Source: Selaginella moellendorffii
Taxonomy: Eukaryota > Plantae > Lycopodiophyta
NCBI RefSeq assembly: GCF_000143415.4
Contig: NW_003314366.1
Span: 62,001-126,000, forward strand
Direction: 5' to 3'
Length of the DNA: 64,000 bases
Positions 10,001 to 21,117 of this stretch are shown here, one piece after another (within the stretch, counting starts at the first letter, position 1; each line of letters starts with the position of its first letter). Both the position numbers and the translations under genes were made by a program. Under the pieces are notes generated by a model. The model was not told where the DNA came from and ran no database searches. It saw only the letters and a list, made by a program, of their open reading frames with translations.

Positions 10001-12045
10001 ATGTTGAGATTTGAGTGAAATGAGATGTCTATCCTTAGGATTGATATTGAGTTTCATTAGTCTTGATGTAGATAGTGTTGATGATTTGGCTATGACTTTG
10101 TGTTATTAGCATTCTTGCATTTGCTAGTTAGCAACTATGTTGACGTTCAAACAAGCTGAGTGGCAAGTTGAGTTAGTTGTGTTCTAGACGAGATTATTTA
10201 GTAGGGGTTGAGCTTTGGCTTTTCCTTGAAAAGTGATTCAGTCGTGAACTATGCTAACTCTACAAGTGGAAGAGTTAGAGATCAATATTGAAATATTTGA
10301 ATCCTTATTGGATTTGAGTTGGGATATATTGATCATTAATGGTTCTTCTTGTGCTTGTTATGAAGTGAGTTACGTCTTGCTAAAGATGGATTCATGGAGG
10401 ATCGATTAGATGATCACTTGTTGAGCATAGCTTCGTTATGCTTAGCTTTTGGATTGATGCAAATCTGCTCTTCATTAGCTTTGGCATTATAAAGTTTGAC
10501 TTATGGATGTGTCGAGGGAGATATTGTGGGTTGCACCATGATTTCTTCTTTAGCATTGAAGTTAGTTTATGCAAGACTCGTGATTATTATAGGCAAGACT
10601 TTGCTATAGGCTTCTTTGAGCTTTTGGTTCCTTGAGTTTTGTGCTCATTGTTCCATTTGTTAGAAGTAGTTGGGGAAGGCATTTTTGCTCCTTAGCTTTG
10701 ATATTGAAGTTAGCTTTTGCATTTGGCAATCATTGGTGATGATTGACTATCATCTAAGATAGTTGATTATCCTTGTCAAAATGTTTTGCTTGATTATTGT
10801 TAGTATAGAATGATTTGCCGTTCTTCGGGATGGTAGATTCTTTCTTCGATGATGATTATGCATTTCTTTATTGATAGGATGATTGATGATCTTTCATGAT
10901 GGTTAGTTGTTCTCCTTGGTGGCTTATGGCTTTTCGCAATACCACATGTTCTTTGTGGTTTGCTCTGGATTGGTCTCTTGGGTTTGAGATATCAATAGGA
11001 TGTTGCTGACACTTGCTTGAGCAACTTTGGTTCTTTGGTATTGTTGGCCGGGATCTATTCAGATTGGCTTTTGTGATAGTTGCCATGAATGAGTGTTTGT
11101 TGGTCTTACCACATTCATTCTATTGTGTTGATTGTTGCTTGGGTTAGTGCTGATAGATTGGGATGTTATTTCCTTCGGGTGATACATTCGCGAGCATCTT
11201 GCTTGTCAGTCAATGATACTTTGTGTTCTTTGAGTTATCTTTAGTAAGTTGTTTGGCATACTATCTACCATCTTCGATAGTGAAGTTTCATCATTGAGTG
11301 TTCTTGATGATATATTTGCTATTGAATTTTGTTGGATGGTGATTCCTATATTTACCAATTATGATGATCTTGGTGGTTCCTGTACTATACTACTAGTTTA
11401 TCAGATGATACCTTACTTGGAATACTTTTGTGTTCTAATCTAAGATATATTCACTGATAATTAAGTCTCTAAGCTATCATTGTCTATGACGTTGATATTG
11501 TCCATCTATTAATCTTTAAGTTTGGGCCAGTATAGGCAGACTGGCTTCGGCACTTCGTGTGCATGGTGAAATCTCTAGTCATGGGGTAGCTACTGTCGAC
11601 TGGTCACATAACCCGCCTCTTTGTCGATGTTCCTTATTCCGTTAAAAGGGCGTGACCGTGTAAACAACTCTAACTGCCTGTTTACAGTAGTCTATCTAAA
11701 CCTTACCGACGGGTTTGGTTTCTTTGCTTAGGAGGGTTGGGGCCTCTGGCTTCTCTCTCTATGTCTCTGCGGGCAGGGGCATATCACTCTTTTGTAGCTG
11801 GGTGACTCCCAGAGCAACAAGGGTGGCTAACTTTGTTGGTCATTTCTTTGTCGGCGACGGCCGGAAGGTGTCTGAGCTGGTAGCGCATCCGCGTTAGACA
11901 AAGAGGTTACCCCTAACTCATTTAAGTTGGTGCATTTCTCACATAGTGTGAGTACCGTGAACTTTTTCTGGAGTTGTTTCCTTGGCGGTATTCTAGACTC
12001 GAGTATGCATCGACGAGGACGTCGATCTTCCCTAGGGGGGGAGAG

Positions 12046-13179
12046 TGTCGTGCATGTGACTTCGGGTATCGAAAGTTACCTGTCGACCAGTCCTTACGGA
12101 CACTCTTACCTTACTGCCACGATGGCAGGAGGTCGGTATTGCTGGACCCTTTATTAGCCCCTCTTGTGCTAGTGGAGTTAACTGGGCATTTCGAGTGTAC
12201 TTAGACCGGACGAGCATAAGGACGGAATTCCTACGTGTTATTAGCTAAGCATACTTAGCCCGGTAAGGAGTTCCCGTCTCGTTTTGTCTTGCACTTGCTA
12301 GTGACAAGAACCCTCGCGTATTGAGATTGGTCCCTCAATATCGCTAGATGATAGCTTACCGTGTCTGCCAAACACCCTCGCTATCATGCCCTTTGTGTTA
12401 GTCTTATTTCGGTCCCAAATACTATTTATAGAAAGTGTCTAGATTCGCTCATTTGGCATATCTACGGAATGTAGAGATCGGCCTGAACACAATGGTGTTC
12501 GTCCCATGTCCAAATTCGCAATCTAGCGCCATTCTATATTTAGTAAGTTTCGCGCTTGTCCCAGAGACTAACTCCTGGTACTAAGGGTAGGCTTGGGGTG
12601 AAAGCCCAAAGCGTGTGTTCCTCAAGGGGGGGGGGCTATGGGGGGTTCCAAATGTATAGTAGGGATAGTGGGTAGGTCGGGCATGGCCGACCAACCTGAG
12701 GCATAGTCTAGCTCCCGCTTGCGTGCCTGTCCTTGTTCTGCGTCCGGCTTGGGTCTAAGCCCAAGTTCCATTCCATGCTAGTTGGTGGAGTACCCATGTC
12801 CTCGCATTAGGCCACCGGTATGCCGAAATAGCGCCAGACTCTGTTTGGCTCCGTTTTGCGTGCTGGTCCTGGCATTGGGATGCTGGTTACTCTAGGACTG
12901 TTCCAAGTCGCTCCGGGCCCCTGTCCCTTCGCTCCTTGGGCTTTATGCTCGGGAGTTGCTCCGTGGTTCGGTTCCATCACTCCTTGGCTCCATGCTTGGG
13001 AGTTTGGAACCGTTCCTTCGTTCAATGGCCCAAGGCCTTGAACCTCGGGTTCCTATGGACACGTGGCATGTGACACGTGGCATCTGTCACGTGGCACAAA
13101 GAGGGTTTAGGTTCCGCTTCGTGGTGTTATCCTATGGTAAATCACCATAGGATAAAGGGTAAAAACCACGTGCGCTACA
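12046..13179 (+). repeat. 3' LTR of element B (1134 bp)
   Basis: Directly follows the polypurine tract; direct repeat of 5925-7071. Confidence 0.95.
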
Positions 13180-13305
13180 CCTGGGCTCGCGGTGAAGTGA
13201 TGCGCTGGAACCCGACCAACTACAAGGAAGCGTTGGATGCGGCCATCAAGGTGCATTTCAACGATAATCTGCGAAAGGGGAACCGGTTTAGGAAAAGTTT
13301 GTGGC
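13180..13305 (+). pseudogene. Ty3/gypsy gag fragment, right part
   Basis: WARGEVMRWNPTNYKEALDAAIKVHFNDNLRKG continues the 5858-5924 frame. Confidence 0.65.
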
Positions 13306-13311
13306 TTACAA

Positions 13312-15901
13312 AACCTACCCGATAACTTAGGGAGTGGTTCCTCAATCTAGGTATGCTCACCTTGTAATCCTACACATCAGGATTAACATTGCTACTTATG
13401 GGCCTTTATATGTCTATGACTAGTCTTGCCAAAATCCCTTTTTGGCTTTGTCCAATTTGGGTAGACGGACTTCTCCTGTCTAATGCTCATTGCCAAAAGA
13501 AGGCCATCATTAGGACACTCAAACACTCTAAAACACCAGGAAGTGGTGTTTGGTGTCGTGAGGGCATTAGATAAGGCCCAAGGGACTAAGTCCCTAGCGA
13601 ATGATGGATAGGAAGTGCTATTCAAACGTCCAAGGTTGAGAACTATATCGCAACATGAGCAATTCATCCCCTATAGGAGTATGTATAACTTCTTTATCCT
13701 AATAAAATGTCTTAGGTAGTTACCTTCTACCAGTTTAATCAATTATTTTGCACTTTTTTGCTTAGTTGCCTCATAGTTGTCAAGTCCTACAACTCATTGC
13801 TAGTGCTTCCACACCTCCATCATTATTTTGGGTCACCACACTTTAACCACATGCCTTCTATCTTAGGCTATGCCATTCCCATTTCTATTAGGATTCCTTT
13901 GACAAGGGGTTCTCATGAACCCGCCAACTTGACCTCAAAGCATTATGCCTTGGCACATTTGGTGTCTCCACACCATCAGCTCCCTTTATAACACTTCTTA
14001 CTTGTGTAAAGGTTTTTGCTAAGATCAACATAGTTGTTTCTCATGCCAACCATCCATTAGCACTACACCATAAAGTTTACACAGAATTTCATATCAAAGT
14101 TGTTTCCTCCTGGGAACCTCTTTTCCACTACTTAGTATGGCACATTCTGCCACCAATGAGATACCCACTATTCTCATGCTTAGATCTTATGATCCTCCCC
14201 ATCTTTCGTGAGGTACAACACACCTCAGTCTAAGTCCTTCCACTAGTCCTCTAAGACCATTCCTTGACTCCTTTTGAGTCATCCAACTCTTTGCACTTTG
14301 CTAATCCCACGACCCATAAAGTCCTACTTTTGAGGTGCCAGCTCTTTGGAATACATCTTCTTGTATTCATGTTCTACTCATCAGGACCACCATTATAAGT
14401 GTTATTCTGACACTTGATTATTTTTCGATCTTTGTGGGCTACTTTCGCCCCTTAGGACTATCCATCCATATGATGAGAACAGCGACTCATCCTCTAAGTA
14501 CACCCTCAACTCCTTGGGTTGTTCCAGCATTTATTGAAGGCCTTGGCTACCGTTTCAAGGACTTATGTCCTCATCTGTATTTGACTTCCCATGGTCATTA
14601 ATTTTGGTCTCAAATTCATGAGCACTAGCTTCAACTACATGAGGGTAATCTCATGACTCTTTTATTGTTTTAGAGTCTCTATCTTCCCCATGATCCTAAC
14701 CATAGTGGTTTACCACAACTACATTAGCCAATTTGTTAAATCAAACACTCATCTGGATCACATCCTCAACTCCTTTTTGAAAAAAACCTTATATTGTTCC
14801 CAAGATCCCAAAGTCATTCCCTTATTGGCCTTTTTCTATCCACCATCTTGCATAGAAGTACACATATGAACTATAATGGAGAGCCATGTTCTCCCGACCT
14901 GCTACTCCTCAAGGATAGGCCCACTCTTAGGACCTTCCGATGTCAACACAAGTGGTGATATACTTGAGCACCAATAAAAGTGGGACTAAGAAACAGCTCC
15001 GATACCAAGTTGTAAGTGACTAATTTTTCCATTCTACTTTAGTCACTTAACCACACCTCTGACCATTTGGAGGAGTCTCATTCACAACCTTTATAAGTCA
15101 AATTCAGGACTTGGGACTTGCTAGCCCCGAGAATGGCATCTATGCCACTCAACTACGAGCCTCATGGGTACTCTCCCCACCTTCTGCCTTTGGGTGCTCT
15201 AGCCATGGGCTTAGAGTGAGGTTCTGTTGAGCCACACTATGTATCCAACACTTGGACTAGGAGTATCGAGCATTTGATTTCCCAGGGGGAACTAAAGCCA
15301 ACTCTTGAACACTTCACCAAGCTACTTCACTTGTCAATCCGTATTCACTCTAGCCTTGGACTTCCCAATAGTTATCTCATTACCCAATAGCTAGTATGGC
15401 CTTCCTAGACTAAATTGGCCTTTCCTGGCCAAAACTGGCTCCACTGGGGTCCAACCCCCACACTCTTCCTACAATACTTTGGAACCCCCCCCCCCCTTCA
15501 AGACGATTTGCTTTGGGCTTTCACCTAACAGCTTGTATTAGTATTCGGACTCGGTTCCATCTTGGACTCCATCTGGGACTCCACCTCAGGTCCATCTTAG
15601 ACTCTATCTCGGACTCCATCTTGGGTCCATCTCAGACTCCATCTTGAGTCCATCTCTAACTTTCTCGGACACTTCCACGTGCCATGTGTTGGTCCTCTTG
15701 TGTCCCTTTTCTAAAGACTCACTTATTGCTCGCTTCATGCTTGTTCCTTGAGCACTTCGTTGGGAGTTCCATTCCTACTCTCGACCTTTCAAGTCGGAGC
15801 TCTTAGTCCAAATGTGTTACATTTGTTTGACTCTCGCTTCAGCCACTACCACATGGCACCCTTTTGGCTCCACTTTGGGGCTTAGCGATTTGTGTCTCAC
15901 A
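13312..15901 (-). mobile_element. Family A copy 2 (truncated, more diverged; deleted 5' LTR 15011-15901)
   Basis: Aligns with copy 1 from ~1740. PBS at 14996-15007; LTR TGTAAG(15011)...TCTCACA(15901) with a ~470-bp internal deletion; ~160-bp inversion at ~13481-13640. Confidence 0.85.
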
Positions 15902-17883
15902 GAGAGACTTAGGAAACTTGCCAAGAAAAAGCACAAATAAAGTGAATCAACCAGATTTAAGGTAAACATTTTTGTCTTTGCCCTTAGTGTGAGGTCACAG
16001 GCTAATATTGTCCACAAAAATATCTTTCTCTATTTAAGATATATAGCTTCTTCACAGTTAAGTGTTATATTAGCTTCAGGGACAAGGACAAAGAAAAGTT
16101 ATTACTCCAGCCAGGTGCAACAAAGTTTCTATTGCGTATGCACAATTTGTCAGATCAGTATGATATGACATTGGCCCCTTGGATAAGCTCTTAAGATTTT
16201 AACCTTGAATATGCTTTGGGGAGGCTTGGTGTGCTAACAAACATATTTCAATATAAAATGCATGATGAAGACATTTGCATAATTCACCAGTATCTAGTTT
16301 GTTGGGGTCAAATGAATAAGGATGCAAACATCCAAACTGTCTTACAACATTTATCTGGTGTGTTGTTTAGAATGAAAACTTCAAACTCCCTGATGTTTGG
16401 ATGAAGTTTCAACACCATTTCTTCCATCTTGAGCTTAAAATTTTTGAAAGATTTCTCTAGTATAATTTGACCAGACACACTCAAGAAACTTATAAAGCAT
16501 AACAGATGTCTTCTCTAATATAGTTCTTATGTGAGTGATCATATTGAGAATTATCCAATGTTCCAACAATTTTACATGTATGAGTTTTTTAAGAAGAAGT
16601 TGGAGGCAAAGGATTCGCAACGAACTTACCATTTTTACATGACTGTGGCTTTCAATTTGAACTTTATTGGTATGTATACTGATGTATAGAGAGTCACTTT
16701 TATGGATGCTATAATAGAAAAAACATCATATGAAATCGAGTCAAAGATGTTACTTGTATCCAAAGATGTTTCCATATATCAATAAGTTCTACCACTTATG
16801 TGATGATATGTACTATTAAGAAACAAGGTTTATTAGCCAATATAAGAGGAGAAAATATAGTAATGTACTCACATTTTAATAAATATATCTTTGGTATATC
16901 TACTTTTATGCACATGAGTGGTTTTTGTTTGTAAAAAACTCTTATATCATAATAATTATTTACTGTATAATGGGAATCAAACTTGAATATTCCTTTAATT
17001 AAGCCTAATTAATTAGCTAAATATATGTTTTTTAGATTATATAATTAATAAAAATTTAAGAAAATGATTAATATATTAAGTGAGACCTCCAAATGGTCTC
17101 ACTTTAACGAAAATGGGCTTTTTGTATGCCTGAAAAAAACAAAAACTAACATGAAGGGTAGGGAGGAGAAATTTGTGAGTAGTAGTTGAGAATATAGCTT
17201 ATCCTGAAGTTTTTCCAAATTTTCTCTTATAGTTGTAGTTTATAATAGTCACTAAAATTTCTCTTATTGTTTAATTTATATTTCGGTAGTGTTACAGTTA
17301 AAATACAATATTACATAAACTAAATCCATAATATATTAATAATAACAATTCTAATTGGACACAATGATAAACTTGATGATACTTTAGTGGCAACCACATC
17401 ACCACACATAGCTCATCACTCAGCTATATAACATTTATTTATATTAGTATCAACTTCAATATCCTTATAGCTTTCATTAATGTCAAAAATTAACTCTTAA
17501 ACCTATTTTTGTTTAAGAATGTGAGTATGTTAACTTTACTATTTTACATCTAAGTGCTGGAATGATATTATATACTTTCAACCAAAGCTTTGCCTAAAAC
17601 TTTTGATGCACATTTTAAAATATAATTAATATTTTATAATTAAATTTGTAAAATTATCATTATTTGTTTTACCATTATAACATCAACACATGCAAAATAA
17701 TAGAAAAGGAATCTTTCAGTTTTAATAATTAAAATATTGGCACTTGCTATCTACAAAGTCCTTAAATCTCACAAGATAATTCCATCTGCATCTCTCTGCA
17801 ATGGAGAAAGAATTTCAGATTATTTCTCAAAAAAATTCTCAGTTTTACTTACTCTTTTTCACACTGAGCTTTGGCTCCAAACA

Positions 17884-19898
17884 CTAGTGCATTTCCGTGT
17901 TCTTAACCCATCCGAACATTCTATGTGCATACGTCTTCTGAACTTGTTCTAGTTTCCTCGTGTCTGCAGTAGAATCCAGAGAGATGTCGACCAGGTCTTT
18001 CACTTTGTCCTTGGATGAGAATGCATCCAAACCTGGACAGCAAAAGATAACATCAACTGATTGAAAATGAAACAGCACAAACGTACCTTGAATGACCACA
18101 ATGTGTTGGAGATGATCATCTGAAGCAAAATACCGTTCCCATGACTTGAATACCATCTATCCCCATCATAGCTCTGTCCATCCCTGAAGGCCTTTGCATT
18201 CCGGATGAGCGTCATGGAGAGCAATTGCCATGGAATGATTTGCAGGCGTCTTCTTCAGCAATGCTTCTGTGACAAGTTTCCTAGTTCTGTAACGAACACT
18301 GCTGGAAGGCACATGGGCCACATTCAAAACCAGACTGGCGTATGGCACCTTCAACCGAGTCCAACCTTGAGGCCCTGCACTGCTACTCAACATCTGAGCA
18401 AACTCCAGAGAGCATTTGAGCTACGCGGATTGGGCGCTCAAGCATCGTTTCCACGTCGGGGATTCGCTGGGTATGGATCTCTTGTCTTGCTCACATGCTA
18501 AATCAACATCAAGTTTCTCTGTGTGTTTCACCTGCACCAAAATGAGTGTCATCGTCTCCAGGCTAAACGTGTCACCAAAGAACCCAATGATGATGATGTC
18601 CATGCCCCATTCATTTTCAAGGCAAATGATTCCTACGCCAGCCTTTCCAAATTCAAGCAAATCTTTTGCAGTGAGGTCCTGCAGTCGGAAGTCGGTTTTC
18701 CTGAATAGCAAGCAAAAAAACTTGCCTTCACCCATGTTTCTGTGGATTTCTTCTTTACCACTTCCATCTATAGAGCCACCTGCTTGTTTTGTTTCCCCTT
18801 CATCGTGCGTACTTCCACCTGGAGCTTTCGAGGCCGTCAGCATTGGAGATGGCGACTTCACCTCAGGTGGCGGCGTGTTTACTTTGACCTGCGGTTTTTC
18901 TCCTGGAGCTTTGGACAGGGACGCTGAAGCCACCTGCGGCTGACCCAGAAATTTTTTGTTTACTTTAACCCTGCTTCCCCTTGTGCTACGCTTCAACACC
19001 GAGACCGGAGGTGGCGGCATGTTTACTTCGACCTGCGCTTCTTCTCCACCACCTGGAGCTTTGGGGGTCGGAGATGCTGAATTCTGCTCATCTTCTCTAA
19101 TAAGATCGGACAGCGACTTCCCACTTAAGCCATGGCAAAGCTCGTCAAAAGTAAAGCACTTCCATGAATTTCTGCCTAGACTATCCACTGCAAGTAGTAG
19201 CAGCACCCGTGCAACCAACTCGCCCCTGTAACCTCGATCAACCCATCCACGCTTCATCCCAGTTACAAGTGCCTCCAAGCACTCCTTCCACCCTGTCCCA
19301 ACCTTCCCTTGTGCACGCAAAACATGTGCTGCAGCCGCTGCAACCAGTGGCTCCGTAGCCCAATGCGTCTAAACAAGAGTCCGGTCATCAGAAATGGACA
19401 TCACGCTAAGTAGGTGACTTGCAACCATATCAGTGATAATTGTGGCATGCGGATTGATGTCGATGCATACTCTGCAGCCCAGTGTAGCCAGACAAGCCTC
19501 ATGTGATAGACGTCCTCTTTCAAACAAAAACTCGTTGAACGAACCAGTGCCACCCAGGAGCTTATCTACAGCCAAAAGCAGCACGTCACCTGCACTTGTG
19601 GAAGCCTTCACCAATGCTTGCCACAGTGGCCGACCATAGCCGCAAAGACGACCCAGATCTTCAACTTCAGCAAGCAGAAGGTCACCTGTTTGTTCATCCG
19701 ATGGCAAGTCTGCCAAACAAAAGCAGTACGCTGGATGTGCAAATAGCATTCCCGCCGCAGCCACTCGATCGCTACTATCTGCCTTATTGGCCGGCACAAA
19801 ATTGTTTAGCCTCCCGTTTGTGTCGGTGAACATCACCGACACACTTCCATTTTCAGGCAACACCCTGGAAGCCCTCCTTGCAGGAACAAATGCAGCAA
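17884..19898 (-). pseudogene. Crinkler/RHS-like (CR-type) NTPase-associated + PD-(D/E)xK REase protein, 5'-truncated pseudogene
   Basis: Motifs [53 protein letters not shown]...ILVQVK, PYASLVL. In-frame TAG at 19369-19371, frame break near 18420-18480, upstream part replaced by a TA microsatellite. Confidence 0.6.
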
Positions 19899-19983
19899 CA
19901 TATATATATACATATATATATACATACATATATACATATATACATATATACATATATATACATATATACATATATATATATAC

Positions 19984-20014
<31 letters not shown>

Positions 20015-20070
20015 CATATATACATATATATATACATACATATATATATATATACATAAATATACATATA
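19899..20070. repeat. (TA)n/(TACA) compound microsatellite
   Basis: ~170 bp of TATATA/CATATA. Confidence 0.97.
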
Positions 20071-20609
20071 TTATTTAAGAATTAGGTATAATAGTATTAA
20101 GTAATGTTTGAAGATATTATTGATTATTATCTTCATGTTTATTAAAATAAATTGCTACACATTGCATGTAGCAATGCTTGGTTTGCTTAATGGTAGTTTT
20201 ATTATTACTTATTAATCTAATTGATCAAATAAAGTTTATAATTATAAGCATGTTTGTAATTTCCAAACACAAGATTAATCTTATTGCATATCAACCATTA
20301 GATGATAGTATAAAAAAGAATATACTAGAAGGGGTTTAGGAAAGTTCATAAATTATAAACATGTTTATAAATTATAAATACCAGATTAATCTAAATGAAT
20401 ACCAACCATTAGATGGTAGAATATTCTAGAATATCCAAGCATTCTACGTATATCCACTACCATCTATAGGTTTGCTTAAGCAAACCAAAAAAGTTTTCAT
20501 ATCCATCAACAAAACTATAGATTATATAAACTTCTACTAATTTTTTCAATAACAAAAATATTACACTACATTAACTAAATCCATTACACACTAAAATTTA
20601 GACTAGTTC

Positions 20610-20784
20610 TGTGAGTGCATGGAATATGGAAAGGGAATACAGAAATGTGCATATCAATTAGCCCAAAAACCCTAGCTTATATACAGGAGCGAATGGTCCA
20701 GATTGAAACCAATCCGATAGCTACTAAAATCCCACTACGCTAATATTAGTATATAGCATTGTAACCGTACACTTCGCCCTCACA
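20610..20784 (-). repeat. Short 3' LTR (175 bp) of gypsy element C
   Basis: TGTGAG...CTCACA inverted termini. Minus-strand PPT GAGAGGAGGGATGA (20785-20798) immediately upstream; TATATAA inside; lies downstream of the integrase C-terminus. Confidence 0.7.
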
Positions 20785-20899
20785 TCATCCCTCCTCTCGG
20801 AATAATAGAAGACCATCAGGGTTCTCTTGTAGACGGGCCAGGATCTGGAGGAACATTAAGAGGAGGCATCAGCAGATTTGTAGATGGTATTAACCACTC

Positions 20900-21117
20900 C
20901 TGATCCCTTTGTATGAAGCGTTTCAACCGCTGCACATGCACAATCTCTGGAGGATCAGCCTGCTAGACATTATGCTGAACCTCATAAACTTATGGTCCAA
21001 CTTGCCACAACACCCGATACGGTCCTTTCCACTGTGCAAGAAGCCCCTTAGATAAACCACGTACCGTAAGATGGGGAAAACGGACTAACACCAAATCATC
21101 CACTTTGTACTCCACAA
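20900..21117 (-). pseudogene. Gypsy integrase C-terminal GPY/F region (element C)
   Basis: EYKVDDLVLVRFPHLTVRGLSKGLLAQWKGPYRVLWQVGP*VYEV...VHVQRLKRF. Confidence 0.85.

Larger units (their letters stand above)
5925..13179 (+). mobile_element. Complete non-autonomous (LARD-like) LTR retrotransposon, family B
   Basis: LTRs 5925-7071 and 12046-13179 (TGTCG...CTACA). PBS TGGTATCAGAG at 7074-7084; PPT AGGGGGGGAGAG at 12034-12045; TSD CCTGA/CCTGG. The ~5 kb internal region has no ORF over ~75 aa. Confidence 0.92.

Noticed and set aside
15902-17880. AT-rich region as a Helitron or DNA-transposon remnant (similar look at 20070-20600 and 63300-64000)
   Set aside because: Only weak short similarities and one small hairpin (~17082-17100); no defined termini or transposase motifs.
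19787-20078. YI/YV-repeat ORFs
   Set aside because: Translations of the TA microsatellite.
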